DNA of 60,724 nt from Actinomycetota bacterium. Its GTDB lineage: Bacteria > Actinomycetota > Acidimicrobiia > Acidimicrobiales > Ilumatobacteraceae. Numbering within the stretch: position 1 is the first letter of the stretch; each line of letters starts with the position of its first letter. Location: positions 1 through 60,724 of the forward strand of contig JBEGJW010000001.1 in NCBI GenBank assembly GCA_041184445.1, read 5' to 3'. Made by a program: the position numbers and the translations under genes. The notes beneath the pieces were generated by a model. It had not been told where the DNA came from, did no database searches, and saw only the letters and a program-made list of their open reading frames with translations. Below, one piece after another: positions 35,668 to 45,474 of the stretch.

Positions 35668-37065
35668 TTAGTCGCCGAGTACGTCTTCGATGGAGTTGTC
35701 CATCGCCATGTTTTCAAAGCGTGTGTACGTGGCTAGCCACGCAAGCTTGGCGAGGCCAAGTGGACCAGCACGGTGCTTGGCAACACTCACTTCCGCAAAA
35801 CCCTTGAGGTTTGGGTCTTGCTCATAAATTTCACCGCGATACAAAAACATGACCACGTCGGCGTCTTGCTCAAGTGCTCCAGATTCGCGCAAGTCCGAAA
35901 GTGTTGGACGTTTGTCTTGGCGACTTTCCAAACTTCGGCTCAGCTGACTGAGGGCAAGCACAGGAACACTGAATTCACGCGCGAGCAATTTGAGTTTTCG
36001 ACTGATTTCGCTGACTTCCAATTGGCGGTTTTCTGGACGTCCGTCGCCACCCATCAATTGCAAGTAGTCAATAACAATGAGTGCGAGTCCGCCTTCGCGA
36101 CTGTACACGCGTCGCGCCTTTGCGCGAATTTGGCCAACGGTTGTTCCCGCGCTGTCGTCAATGATGAGCGGAATGTCGAGTCGACCAACAGCGTGACCAA
36201 TTTTGGTCCAATCTTTTGGTGTTGGACGACCAGTACGAAACACGGTTCCGTCAACACGCGCTTCACTTGCCAAAATACGCTGCGATAGTTCGGCTTTACC
36301 CATTTCCAACGAGAAGAACAGCACAGGCTTATTCAGGTGTTGTGCGGCATGCACGGCAATTCCGAGTGCAAAGGCACTTTTACCCATTGCAGGTCGAGCA
36401 CCCACGATGTTGAGTGTTCCTGGTTGGAGACCAAGCAGAACTTTGTCGAGGTCGACATAACCCGTTGGCACGCCAGTCATCACTTCGTTGTTGTTTGCTC
36501 GATCTTCAAGCTGATCAAAAGCTTTCTTAATCAAAACATCAAGTCGTTCAGAACTGTCACCAACGTTGCTTTCCGAAATATCGAAGATGCGACTTTCTGC
36601 TTCATCGAGTGCGCGTTCAACATCGTCTGGTTCGCCATAACCAATTTCAGCAATGTCGCCTGCAGCGCCAATGAGTCGACGCAAACGAGCAGTGTCGCGA
36701 ACGATTTTTGCGTAACGCTCTGCACTCGAAACCGCAGGCGTTGCATTTTGCAGTGCCAACAGTTCTTCGAGTCCGCCGATTCCTTCAAGTAGTTGGTGGC
36801 GACGAAGTTCGTCGGCAACAGTGATGGGGTCTACTGGTTCGCCAGAAGTATTGAGCGAGCGAATGGCGTCAAAAATATGACGGTGCGCCGGCTTGTAAAA
36901 CTCGTCGGGGTGAACTCCTCGTTCAACAGCAACGCCTACCGCTTCGCGCGACAGCAACATTGCGCCAAGCAATGATGCTTCGGCATCCAGGTTGTGTGGT
37001 GGAACACGCTGCGCACCGCGAGAGCCAGACCGTGAGTCGGTTCTATTCTCGCTTGTGTTCGACAT
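35668..37065 (-). CDS. dnaB: Replicative DNA helicase DnaB (intein-free)
   Basis: PPHNLDAEASLLGAML, Walker A GARPAMGKSAFAL, IVIDYLQLM, and the SQLSRSLESRQDKRPTLSDLRESGALEQDAD motif. Confidence 0.97.
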   Translation of the reverse strand: MSNTSENRTDSRSGSRGAQRVPPHNLDAEASLLGAMLLSREAVGVAVERGVHPDEFYKPAHRHIFDAIRSLNTSGEPVDPITVADELRRHQLLEGIGGLEELLALQNATPAVSSAERYAKIVRDTARLRRLIGAAGDIAEIGYGEPDDVERALDEAESRIFDISESNVGDSSERLDVLIKKAFDQLEDRANNNEVMTGVPTGYVDLDKVLLGLQPGTLNIVGARPAMGKSAFALGIAVHAAQHLNKPVLFFSLEMGKAELSQRILASEARVDGTVFRTGRPTPKDWTKIGHAVGRLDIPLIIDDSAGTTVGQIRAKARRVYSREGGLALIVIDYLQLMGGDGRPENRQLEVSEISRKLKLLAREFSVPVLALSQLSRSLESRQDKRPTLSDLRESGALEQDADVVMFLYRGEIYEQDPNLKGFAEVSVAKHRAGPLGLAKLAWLATYTRFENMAMDNSIEDVLGD

Positions 37066-37112
37066 GCAACTACCTTGCCTGTTGGCCCTTGTTGTGGGCT
37101 AGCGACACTTCC

Positions 37113-37559
37113 CTATTGTGCAACAACCGACAAATTCACCACACCGGTGATGCCGTCGAACAACGCAACACTCACTTGATGAGCACCTGTTGTACGAATT
37201 GGCGTATCGATGTTGATGGTTTTGCGGTCGAGAACGACAGATGTCTGATCTTTCACTGCAGAAGCAATGTCATTTGCGGTAACTGATCCGAACAAACGGC
37301 CCTCAGCGCCAGCTTTTGCCTTCACCGTAATGGTGTGCTTAGCAAGCTCTGCAGAAACAGCAAATGCTGAATCGCGGTCGGCTGCTTCACGCAAGTCGCG
37401 AGCGCGACGCATGGAGTTTGCCTGTGTTACTGCACCGTCGGTAGCAAGAATTGCCAGTCCGCCAGGAAGCAAGAGGTTGCGAGCGTGTCCGGAAGACACC
37501 GTCACAATGTCGCCGCGACGGCCGAGGCCATTGACGTCTTTACGAAGCAAGACTTTCAT
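37113..37559 (-). CDS. rplI: 50S ribosomal protein L9
   Basis: MKVLLRKDVNGLGRRGDIVTVSSGHARNLLLP... Confidence 0.95.
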   Translation of the reverse strand: MKVLLRKDVNGLGRRGDIVTVSSGHARNLLLPGGLAILATDGAVTQANSMRRARDLREAADRDSAFAVSAELAKHTITVKAKAGAEGRLFGSVTANDIASAVKDQTSVVLDRKTINIDTPIRTTGAHQVSVALFDGITGVVNLSVVAQ

Positions 37560-37562
37560 GAT

Positions 37563-38006
37563 TTATGCCTCCTCTGTTGTTGCGTCGGCAATAGTGATTT
37601 CGTCAGCAAGCGGTGCCTCTACGGCTGCTTCGATGACATCCTTGTAGGTATCTGCCAATGACTCTGAAGAATCCTTGTCACGTGAACGGCGAGGACGATC
37701 GTTGTATGAACCGTCTTCTTCACCGCGTCGTGGTGCGCGTGCTGAAGCAACGCGCTTGGTGTATGGCAACAAGGCCATTTCACGAGCGTTCTTCACTGCA
37801 AGAGCAACGTCACGTTGCTGCTGCACGGTGTTTCCGTTCATGCGGCGCGCGCGCAACTTTGAACGATCGGACATGAAACGTTGCAACAAGTTGACGTCCT
37901 TGTAATCAATGAAGCCAACCTTGTCGGCGTGCAACACATTTGGGCGCTTCTTGTATTTGCGCATCGCCGCTTTGGCTGCGCGCTCTTTGTTCTTTTTACT
38001 GGTCAT
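37563..38006 (-). CDS. rpsR: 30S ribosomal protein S18 with a ~60-aa charged C-terminal extension
   Basis: The S18 core is present: [50 protein letters not shown]. At 147 aa it is well above the usual ~75-90 aa because of an extra R/D/E/S-rich tail. Confidence 0.9.
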   Translation of the reverse strand: MTSKKNKERAAKAAMRKYKKRPNVLHADKVGFIDYKDVNLLQRFMSDRSKLRARRMNGNTVQQQRDVALAVKNAREMALLPYTKRVASARAPRRGEEDGSYNDRPRRSRDKDSSESLADTYKDVIEAAVEAPLADEITIADATTEEA

Positions 38007-38050
38007 GGTGTGTTTCCTTTATGCGATGAGATGTTCGAGTGGTGAGTGAT

Positions 38051-38488
38051 TCAGAATGGTTCTTCGCCGCTGTCAAACGGGTTTGATTCGCCAACTGGGC
38101 TTGAGCCACCTTTGGCTGCACCCTGACCGTCGGTTCGTGGGGTGCGCTCAACTTGCGCAGTAGCCCAACGAAGGCTTGGTCCGAGTTCGTCAGCAATGAC
38201 ATCAATTGCCGTGCGCTTGTCGCCTTCGCGAGTGGTGTACTCACGCTGCTCAAGTCGGCCGGTGACCACTACGCGAGCACCCTTGGTGAGTGACGCTGCT
38301 GCGTTTTCTCCGAGTTGGCCCCATGCGGTGACATTGAAATATGACGTTTGTTCTTGCCACTCACCGTTGACCTGGTAGCGACGACCTACGGCAATGCCGA
38401 AAGATGCGACGCCACGACCAGAGGTGGTGAAACGAAGTTCCGGGTCGCGGGTGAGGTTTCCCACGAGTGTGATGGTGTTATCTGCCAT
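38051..38488 (-). CDS. ssb: Single-stranded DNA-binding protein
   Basis: OB fold: NTITLVGNLTRDPELRFTTSGRGVASFGIAV...NVTAWGQLGENAA. The acidic tail ends in DSGEEPF. Confidence 0.95.
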   Translation of the reverse strand: MADNTITLVGNLTRDPELRFTTSGRGVASFGIAVGRRYQVNGEWQEQTSYFNVTAWGQLGENAAASLTKGARVVVTGRLEQREYTTREGDKRTAIDVIADELGPSLRWATAQVERTPRTDGQGAAKGGSSPVGESNPFDSGEEPF

Positions 38489-38523
38489 GAAGGGCTCCTA
38501 GTTAATGAATGAATAAATGGAGA

Positions 38524-38853
38524 TCAGGCTTTAGCAGCGATCATGCCGCGGCTAGCTGCTTCCTGATCTGGCAAACGGAGAAGTTTGTGGCGGAGAACAT
38601 CGTCCGCGAGCTTCAGTGTGCGCTCAACTTCGTCGAGTGCGCCACCTGGGGCTAAGAGGTTGAACACCGCGTAGTACCCATCTGATTGCTTATTGATTGG
38701 GTACGCAAGACGACGCTTGCCCCACCAATCAGGTGTGCCGTGAACAGACCCGCCGGCAGCAGTAACTGCTTTGGAGATCGTGTTAATCCAGGCATGAGCA
38801 GCCGACTCTTCGGACGCACCACTCATAATGACCATTAATTCATATGCACGCAT
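38524..38853 (-). CDS. rpsF: 30S ribosomal protein S6
   Basis: MRAYELMVIMSG...WGKRRLAYPINKQSDGYYAVFNL. The start is set at ATG 38853. The ORF-track N-terminal 29 aa are unlike S6. Confidence 0.93.
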   Translation of the reverse strand: MRAYELMVIMSGASEESAAHAWINTISKAVTAAGGSVHGTPDWWGKRRLAYPINKQSDGYYAVFNLLAPGGALDEVERTLKLADDVLRHKLLRLPDQEAASRGMIAAKA

Positions 38854-38990
38854 AAACGTGATAACTCCCTTCGGATCCAGCCGAGGCTGGAGCCCCCGAG
38901 GGGGCAGGGTGGATAAGGACTCTGGATCGTATCGGCACAAACGGATCGTGCCACACCCGTGTCACGGGGTGCCCTGAAACCTTGGTGCTG
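38854..38990 (-). ncRNA. Structured 5' leader of the rpsF-ssb-rpsR-rplI operon (candidate S6:S18 autoregulatory leader)
   Basis: On the minus strand there is an outer pairing GATCCAG...CTGGATC enclosing GC hairpins GCCCCCTCGGGGGC and CCAGCCTCGGCTGG. Upstream hairpins are GGCAC-N9-GTGCC and CACCCCGTG/CACGGGTG. Assignment to the known rpsF leader class is by position only. Confidence 0.35.
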
Positions 38991-38991
38991 A

Positions 38992-39492
38992 CTAGTGCCG
39001 CGACTGTTTCCTGCGCACAGGCTCGTGTTCAGGAATGGTTGATGGCTCCATGAGTGGCAACGAACGCAATAGGTGGTGCCACTTGCACGTCCTGCACGCT
39101 TCAACCACATAGGCCGTATATAACGAGTCATAATTTTGTGCCTGCGTTGCTTCGCGTTGAGCAAGCTGTCGAAATTCTTCTAACTCGTGTGGACGAGTAA
39201 TGCACCTGCCGTGATGAGGAAGACGTGGACCAAACACATAAGTCACCAGCACAACATTGTCTTCTTGACATATCGGACAACGCACTTGTGTTTCATCGCC
39301 AAAGTTTCGTGCAGCACGCATGAGGTCTGGGTGTGCATCACACACTTGATCGCGTCGTAATCTGCCACGGCGATACTCGTTGATCACCACTCGTCGACTG
39401 AGACGATGATCAATGACACCGCCGATGGTTTCTCCATCATCGCCAGTAATGCTGAGCGCACTCAACCAACCGACGCGGCGACGCATGAACAT
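38992..39492 (-). CDS. DUF5318-like conserved actinobacterial protein (Cys-rich, putative Zn-binding)
   Basis: 166 aa. CDAHPDL...CPICQEDNVVLVTYVFG...EACRTCKWHH gives two CxxC-type pairs. Its position next to rpsF is as in other actinobacteria. The family name is from memory. Confidence 0.5.
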   Translation of the reverse strand: MFMRRRVGWLSALSITGDDGETIGGVIDHRLSRRVVINEYRRGRLRRDQVCDAHPDLMRAARNFGDETQVRCPICQEDNVVLVTYVFGPRLPHHGRCITRPHELEEFRQLAQREATQAQNYDSLYTAYVVEACRTCKWHHLLRSLPLMEPSTIPEHEPVRRKQSRH

Positions 39493-39513
39493 GTCAGCGA
39501 ACGATAGTCCAAA

Positions 39514-40974
39514 TCATTTCGATTGACTCTTCCACCATTCATCGAGTCGACGGCGAATTTCCTCGTCGCCAAGCACGCCTTCTTCGAGTCTGATCTCCAT
39601 TAAAAACTCCAACGCCATACCAACCTGTCGACCAGGTTTCATACCTAAGTACTCCATCACTGCAGCGCCATCCATTTCAGGTCGCAGTGCAGCGATTTCT
39701 TCTTCTTTGGCTAATTCAGCAATTCGTGCTTCAAGTTCGTCCATGCGCTTAGCAAGCATGAGTGCCTTCTTTTCGTTGCGCGTAGTGCAGTCGCAACGTG
39801 TCAACACATTGAGTTCGGTGAGGTATTTGCCGGCATCGCGCACATAGCGACGAACCGCGGAGTCGGTCCAACCCATTTGGTAGGTGTGGAAACGCAAATG
39901 CAATGCAACCAGCTCGGTAATTGCTGCGACGTCCTCAGACGAATAGCGCAATGCTTTCAGCCGATCTCGTGACATTCTGGCGCCAACCACCTCGTGATGA
40001 TGAAAAGTCACACCTTTGCCATCTTTAAACGAACGAGTTTTCGGTTTGCCAATGTCATGAAACAACGCTGCAAGCCGAGTAATTCGGAAATCAAAATCTG
40101 GTGCGGCGTTTGGTTGCACATTTTCAACAACAGCAAAGGTGTGCGTCAAGACGTCTTTGTGACGATGAATTGGATCTTGCTCAAGTTTCATTGCCGGCAA
40201 CTCGGGAAAGAAATGTGCTGCAAGGCCGGTGTCCACGAGAAACCACAAACCTAAACTTGGAAACTCAGTAACAAGCAACCGGTCAAGTTCGTTGCGGATG
40301 CGTTCAGCAGAAATGATCTTCAGGCGCTCATGCATTTCTTTCACGGCGCTAACAAGTTCCTCAACTGGCTGCACTTTAAGCGTAGAAATAAATCGAGCAG
40401 CGCGCATCATTCGTAATGGATCGTCGCTAAAACTTTCCGTTGGTGACAATGGTGTGCGCAACACCCTCGACACCAAGTCAGCTGCGCCACCAAATGGATC
40501 AACGAGAACCGGATTGTCGGTAGTGAGCTCGAGTGCCATCGCGTTTATGGTGAAATCACGACGCGACAAATCTGTGGAGATATCGGTAGAAAACTCAACA
40601 TCAGGTTTGCGTGAATCTGGCGAATATGCTTCGGCGCGATGCGTGGTGATTTCATAGGTTCGGCCATTTTTCTGACACGAGATAGTTCCAAATCGTTCGC
40701 CTGCGGTCCACACCGCATCTGCCCAACCAGACAACAGTTTCTTAATGTCTGGTGGTGTTGCATCGGTAGTGAGATCAAAGTCCAACTGCTCTGTTGCTCG
40801 GTCAAGGAGTAAATCGCGAACGGTGCCACCAACTACATACAGGCGAAATGATGCTTCGCGAAACATGTTGCCGAGCGGCCGAAGTTCGGCCAGAACGGGC
40901 TCAAATCGCGGAGGAATCACACTTCGTAGGTTAGAGGTTGCTCCCCCACCAATGGGGTTGCCGACTACCGTCAC
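39514..40974 (-). CDS. cca: CCA tRNA nucleotidyltransferase (poly(A) polymerase family with HD domain)
   Basis: LYVVGGTVRDLLL...DFDLTTDA...RDFTINAMA is the nucleotidyltransferase head. An HD-domain segment (HDIGKP) follows. All three tRNAs in the window lack an encoded CCA. Confidence 0.9.
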   Translation of the reverse strand: MTVVGNPIGGGATSNLRSVIPPRFEPVLAELRPLGNMFREASFRLYVVGGTVRDLLLDRATEQLDFDLTTDATPPDIKKLLSGWADAVWTAGERFGTISCQKNGRTYEITTHRAEAYSPDSRKPDVEFSTDISTDLSRRDFTINAMALELTTDNPVLVDPFGGAADLVSRVLRTPLSPTESFSDDPLRMMRAARFISTLKVQPVEELVSAVKEMHERLKIISAERIRNELDRLLVTEFPSLGLWFLVDTGLAAHFFPELPAMKLEQDPIHRHKDVLTHTFAVVENVQPNAAPDFDFRITRLAALFHDIGKPKTRSFKDGKGVTFHHHEVVGARMSRDRLKALRYSSEDVAAITELVALHLRFHTYQMGWTDSAVRRYVRDAGKYLTELNVLTRCDCTTRNEKKALMLAKRMDELEARIAELAKEEEIAALRPEMDGAAVMEYLGMKPGRQVGMALEFLMEIRLEEGVLGDEEIRRRLDEWWKSQSK

Positions 40975-40977
40975 ATA

Positions 40978-42996
40978 GTGATGTCTTGCACTACTGGTCG
41001 CCGTATTTCGCGGTGGGCAAGCCTGCTCTTCGTGATCTCGACACTATTGTTTTCTTCTCCTTCGCGCGCAGAGTTGGCGCCGCCACGAACGCTTCCTTCA
41101 GCGATTGAAGCTCGACTCATTGGACAAAATTTCAATGTCACCATTGGCAAACAGTTTCGATTTGTCGTTTCTATCCCGAATAAAACAACGCTGAACGAAT
41201 TGCGGTCAGCCAAAAATGCTGTTCTACGAGTTGAAGTCCACGCCGCTGTGGGTTCTCGTGATGCTGTTCGAGACGCAGTAAGCGGAGTTGTCATTCCAAA
41301 CATTATTGAAACTCACGATTTACCGTTTGCAAGCCTAGGAAGTAACGACGCTGGCGACGTGATTGCGTTGCTTGGAAGCAACGCTGGCGGATCGTCAGTT
41401 CGCTTGCGGAAAAGTGGTGTTTACCCCATTTCACTTTCCATTCGCGTAGGCGACAACGAATCAAGCCGTCTTCTCACCTTCGTTAATTTCATTACGGTTC
41501 AAACCAGCAAGAACACGCTTTCGGTTTCCCTTGTTGCAGAAGTAAGCCCAGCGCTCAGCCAAACAGCAACGGGAGAGATATCGCTTACTGATTCCACGCG
41601 CACCACATTGAACAATGTTGTTTCATCGTTGAATGGCGACAGTGGGGTGATGTCGTTGCGAATATCACCGGAAACACTGAATAGCCTCGCGATTTCATCA
41701 AACCCACAAGATGCAGAATTGCTCGGACAAATTCAGGTTGTACTTGCAAAGCACCAAGTGCTCGCTTCCACGTTTGTTCCTTTCGATCCATCGAGTGCCG
41801 AAAAAGCAAAAATGGGTTCAGAATTCGACAAGCAGCTTTCTCGTGGCATCGATATTTTGGACACCCGCAACGGCGACGCTGTTATCAATCCTCGAACATG
41901 GTTCTCCACACGCCCAATAAACACCGATGGTGTGGCGTTACTTGCACGCTCTGGATACACCAATCTGGTCTTCTCACCGCAAGCGGCTCAATCCTTTGGC
42001 GCACTCGACTCCTATACAAAGCAATACCGCGCAGATTATGCCGGCGACGCGACGAAGAAAGTTTCAGTCGCGGTTGCCGATCCGCAATATGCAGCCTCGC
42101 TTTCGGGAGGCAACTCAAACCCTGTGCAGACCAGCATGGCTATCGCAGCAGAAATCGTTGCTCAGCAGGGCGAATTGGTGGTTGGTCAGCGTCAGCAACT
42201 TGATCATCATCTCGTTGTTTCCACTCTTGATGGATCGGTGCCCAACCCGGTGTTGTTGAATTCATTGCTTGTCGCGTTATCCAATGCACCACAAATCACG
42301 TTGCGCCCGCTTGGTTCCATTCAGCGAGCAACCGAAGCTTCAACACCACTCACCATGCCGAGTGGTGCACCAATTGACCTTCGAGCTCGGCGACCACAAC
42401 TCCAATCGGTTATCGATGAAATTGCATCGACACAAACCATGCTGACAGTCGATGCTCCGCAGCGAATGTGGTGGGAAGATTCCCTTCTCCTCATTCAAAG
42501 CAGCTCCTTAACTGCAGATCGTTTCGATACCTATCTCAAAGGATTCCGCGCGCAACTTCGCGGATTCCGCGCTTCAGTCAGTGTTCCTCAGTCGTTGACA
42601 TTTACCTTGAGCGGAAAATCCAGCGATCTTCGTTTGCAGTTACGTAACAGCGCAACCATGTCGTTGTCGGTGTTGGTTACGTTGTCCAGCGCCAAACTCA
42701 CCTTTCCTGAAAAACCGCAGGTTGTCACCGTCGCTGCAAACTCTGCAGTTGACGTGATTGTTCCAGTAATTGCGCGTGCCAACGGAACGTTCCCTCTTGA
42801 GGTAGTGCTATATACGCCGGATGGTTCTGCACAGGTAGGAAAACGAATTCGTCTTTCCGCACGAGTGAGCGCGCTTGCTGGCCTAGGGCAATTGGTGACC
42901 GGCGTTGCGTTATTGCTGCTCGCATCCTGGTGGGTTGCACATTGGCGCAAACAGCACCGCGCGAAAGCCGTCGAAAACCATCCTGCAGTACGCTAA
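40978..42996 (+). CDS. Large secreted protein with a C-terminal membrane anchor (positional equivalent of the Rv3909/DUF6049 family)
   Basis: 672 aa with a signal peptide (WASLLFVISTLLFSSPSRA), a long Ser/Thr/Leu-rich extracytoplasmic region, and a C-terminal TM plus basic tail (VALLLLASWWVAHWRKQHRAK). It is divergent from cca, as in other actinobacteria. Confidence 0.5.
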   Translation: MMSCTTGRRISRWASLLFVISTLLFSSPSRAELAPPRTLPSAIEARLIGQNFNVTIGKQFRFVVSIPNKTTLNELRSAKNAVLRVEVHAAVGSRDAVRDAVSGVVIPNIIETHDLPFASLGSNDAGDVIALLGSNAGGSSVRLRKSGVYPISLSIRVGDNESSRLLTFVNFITVQTSKNTLSVSLVAEVSPALSQTATGEISLTDSTRTTLNNVVSSLNGDSGVMSLRISPETLNSLAISSNPQDAELLGQIQVVLAKHQVLASTFVPFDPSSAEKAKMGSEFDKQLSRGIDILDTRNGDAVINPRTWFSTRPINTDGVALLARSGYTNLVFSPQAAQSFGALDSYTKQYRADYAGDATKKVSVAVADPQYAASLSGGNSNPVQTSMAIAAEIVAQQGELVVGQRQQLDHHLVVSTLDGSVPNPVLLNSLLVALSNAPQITLRPLGSIQRATEASTPLTMPSGAPIDLRARRPQLQSVIDEIASTQTMLTVDAPQRMWWEDSLLLIQSSSLTADRFDTYLKGFRAQLRGFRASVSVPQSLTFTLSGKSSDLRLQLRNSATMSLSVLVTLSSAKLTFPEKPQVVTVAANSAVDVIVPVIARANGTFPLEVVLYTPDGSAQVGKRIRLSARVSALAGLGQLVTGVALLLLASWWVAHWRKQHRAKAVENHPAVR

Positions 42997-43000
42997 TTAC

Positions 43001-43837
43001 ATGACTATTCGAATCGTCACCGACAGCGCCTGCGACCTTCCTCAGTATCTGGTCGATGAATACAAAATTTCCATTGTTCCGCTTTCGGTTCGTTTTGGCG
43101 AACACGAATTCATTGACCGTCAAGATCTCACCACGGAGCAATTTTGGAAGCGTTGCGACTCTTCGCCAGTACTGCCTGAAACCGCAGCGCCGTCACCTGG
43201 ACAATTTGAAGCAGAATTTCGAAAACTCGCCACTGAAGGTGCAACCGGCATCGTGATGATTTCGTTGTCTGGTGTTCTTTCCGCCACCATGCAAAGCGCC
43301 GAGTTGGCAGCAAAAGCAGTCGCAGGACATATTTCTGTTCGTGTTATTGACAGCCGTTCGGGAAGTATGGGTCAGGGAATCACTGTTATCGCTTGCGCAA
43401 AACTTGCAGCAACGGGTGCTTCACTTGACGAAGTTGCGGCTCTAGGCGACAGCCTTGCCCACCGCTCCAAGGTGTGGGGTGCGCTTGACACTTTGGAAAA
43501 TCTAAAAAAGGGCGGTCGTATTGGAGGGGCGAAAGCAATGCTTGCCTCCGCACTATCCATCAAACCGATTATTGAAATCATCGACGGCAAAGTTGAAGAG
43601 GGTGGTAAGCAACGCACCCGTAGTAAGGCTCTTGCGTTCTTGCTTGAAAAGGTTCGAGATGCAGGCCCAATTGAAAACCTTGCTGTTTTGCAAGCAAATT
43701 GCTCCGATTTTGAAGCGTTTGTTGAAAGTCTTCGCTCGGTCTATTCGGGTGAAATCATTGTTGGCGACATCGGACCAATTATCGGCACTCACACAGGTGC
43801 TGGAACAATTGGTGTTGCCTTCCACACAAAACCGTAA
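43001..43837 (+). CDS. DegV-family fatty-acid-binding protein
   Basis: MTIRIVTDSACDLPQYLVDEYKISIVPLSVRFG...TAAPSPGQF...ISLSGVLSATMQSA. The start is at ATG 43001. The ORF-track start at 42905 lies inside the upstream gene. Confidence 0.88.
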   Translation: MTIRIVTDSACDLPQYLVDEYKISIVPLSVRFGEHEFIDRQDLTTEQFWKRCDSSPVLPETAAPSPGQFEAEFRKLATEGATGIVMISLSGVLSATMQSAELAAKAVAGHISVRVIDSRSGSMGQGITVIACAKLAATGASLDEVAALGDSLAHRSKVWGALDTLENLKKGGRIGGAKAMLASALSIKPIIEIIDGKVEEGGKQRTRSKALAFLLEKVRDAGPIENLAVLQANCSDFEAFVESLRSVYSGEIIVGDIGPIIGTHTGAGTIGVAFHTKP

Positions 43838-43910
43838 CGGCGGCATTTTGATTTTTGCGGAGATATCCCCGTTTCATAAGGGGTTACAGCACTAGCGTCG
43901 CTTCACAGCG

Positions 43911-45464
43911 ATGGATGAAAAACGTGTGCTCCCTGGTCTCATTGGAGGCCGCTATCTCCTTGAGAGCAAAATTGCTCACGGCGGAATGGCTGTGGTGTGG
44001 CTTGCTAAAGACACGTTTCTTGATCGCAAAGTTGCAGTCAAATTACTTCGTCCTCACCTAGTCAATGATGCAACCCTTGCAGAACGTTTTCGCCGTGAGG
44101 CTATTGCGTGTGCGGGAATCACCCATCAAAACATTGTTGCCGTGTACGACTGCATTGAACACAACGGCCAGCAAGCAGTCATCATGCAGTACGTCAAAGG
44201 AAAAAGTTTGCGTGAGTTGCTCGACAAACAAAAACGTTTGGGACCAAAACTCACGATTCACATCGGCATGTCTATTGCTGCTGCATTAGACGAAGCGCAC
44301 GACAAAAATTTTATTCACCGCGATGTGAAGCCAGGCAATATTTTGCTCACGCCAGAAGGACGAGTGTTGCTTACTGACTTTGGAATTGCCAAAGCAATGA
44401 CCTCAACCGAAGCAGACCTCACTCATGACAACATCATGATGGGAACCGCAAAATATTTGGCTCCCGAGCAAGTGCGTGGAAAACCGCTTGATGGTCGATC
44501 CGACCTGTATTCATTGGGTCTTGTGTTGTACGAATGCTTAGCTGGCCGTGTTCCGTTTTTGGGTGAATCCGATGCCGACACTGCGCTTGCGCGTTTGCAA
44601 CGTGAACCAACCGATCTCGCTCGACTTCGTCCATCGCTGTCACCACAACTAGTCAAAATCATTCACAAACTGTTGTCACGAAACCCCGAACATCGCTTTG
44701 CCACTGGTTATGAAACAAAAGTTGCGTTGCACTCAGCGCTTACCGGTGCGCATGACAAGACCACAGAACTCACACCACCAACAGGTGTTGCTCTTCAGGA
44801 AGAGATGTTCACTCCGCAAGAACCTGTTCGACCAATTACTCCGCCTCGCGGCGAGCTACGAAATGCTCCGCAAGCGCCGCCGTTTGCATTGCGCAGAATG
44901 TTTGTTGGCCTTATTGCTCTGAGTTTGATTGCTGGTGTGGCGTTGTGGAGAGTCTCTGGTGGCACAACACCAGAAGTTGCGGCACTTCCAGAACCTGCCG
45001 CAATTATTGAACCTGCAACCATTGCCTCAATTTCAACATTTGATCCACTTGGTGACGACGGAGTGGAAAACGAAGCACTCCTTCCCAACTTGCTCGACGG
45101 CAATGCAGCAACCATGTGGTCCACATCGTGTTATGACAATCAATACTTTGGGAGCAAAGAGTTTGTTGGCTTAGTTGTTCAACTGAGCCATGCAGCAACT
45201 GGAACCCTACGAGTAGGTATGCAGAATGCCCCTTGGGCAATTGATGTTTTTACCTCTGCCGAGTCGGCGCCAACCGACATTAATCAGTGGGGTGCCAGTG
45301 TTGATGGCGGCTACAACACCAAACGCGAGCGAGCCAGTTTTGTGATCTCTTCTCCAGCACAGTTCATCTTGATCAAAATTCGTGAAGTGGGTAAGAGTGC
45401 TGACTGCAGTGCATCTAATCCATATCAAGGTGTCCTCGCTGGTGTGGCCTTCACCGAGGGTTAG
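43911..45464 (+). CDS. Transmembrane Ser/Thr protein kinase with an extracellular galactose-binding/discoidin-like domain
   Basis: Hanks kinase motifs are intact: VAVKLL, HRDVKPGNILL, DFGIAK, GTAKYLAPEQ. A Pro-rich linker and a TM helix (MFVGLIALSLIAGVALW) follow. The ectodomain carries LLDGNAATMWST..Y. Confidence 0.88.
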   Translation: MDEKRVLPGLIGGRYLLESKIAHGGMAVVWLAKDTFLDRKVAVKLLRPHLVNDATLAERFRREAIACAGITHQNIVAVYDCIEHNGQQAVIMQYVKGKSLRELLDKQKRLGPKLTIHIGMSIAAALDEAHDKNFIHRDVKPGNILLTPEGRVLLTDFGIAKAMTSTEADLTHDNIMMGTAKYLAPEQVRGKPLDGRSDLYSLGLVLYECLAGRVPFLGESDADTALARLQREPTDLARLRPSLSPQLVKIIHKLLSRNPEHRFATGYETKVALHSALTGAHDKTTELTPPTGVALQEEMFTPQEPVRPITPPRGELRNAPQAPPFALRRMFVGLIALSLIAGVALWRVSGGTTPEVAALPEPAAIIEPATIASISTFDPLGDDGVENEALLPNLLDGNAATMWSTSCYDNQYFGSKEFVGLVVQLSHAATGTLRVGMQNAPWAIDVFTSAESAPTDINQWGASVDGGYNTKRERASFVISSPAQFILIKIREVGKSADCSASNPYQGVLAGVAFTEG

Positions 45465-45474
45465 CCTGAACTCA

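Noticed and set aside
42541-42575. The direct repeat GGATTCCGCGC...GGATTCCGCGC
   Set aside because: It lies inside the DUF6049-like CDS and simply encodes GFRAQLRGFRA. It is a short coding duplication without further structure.
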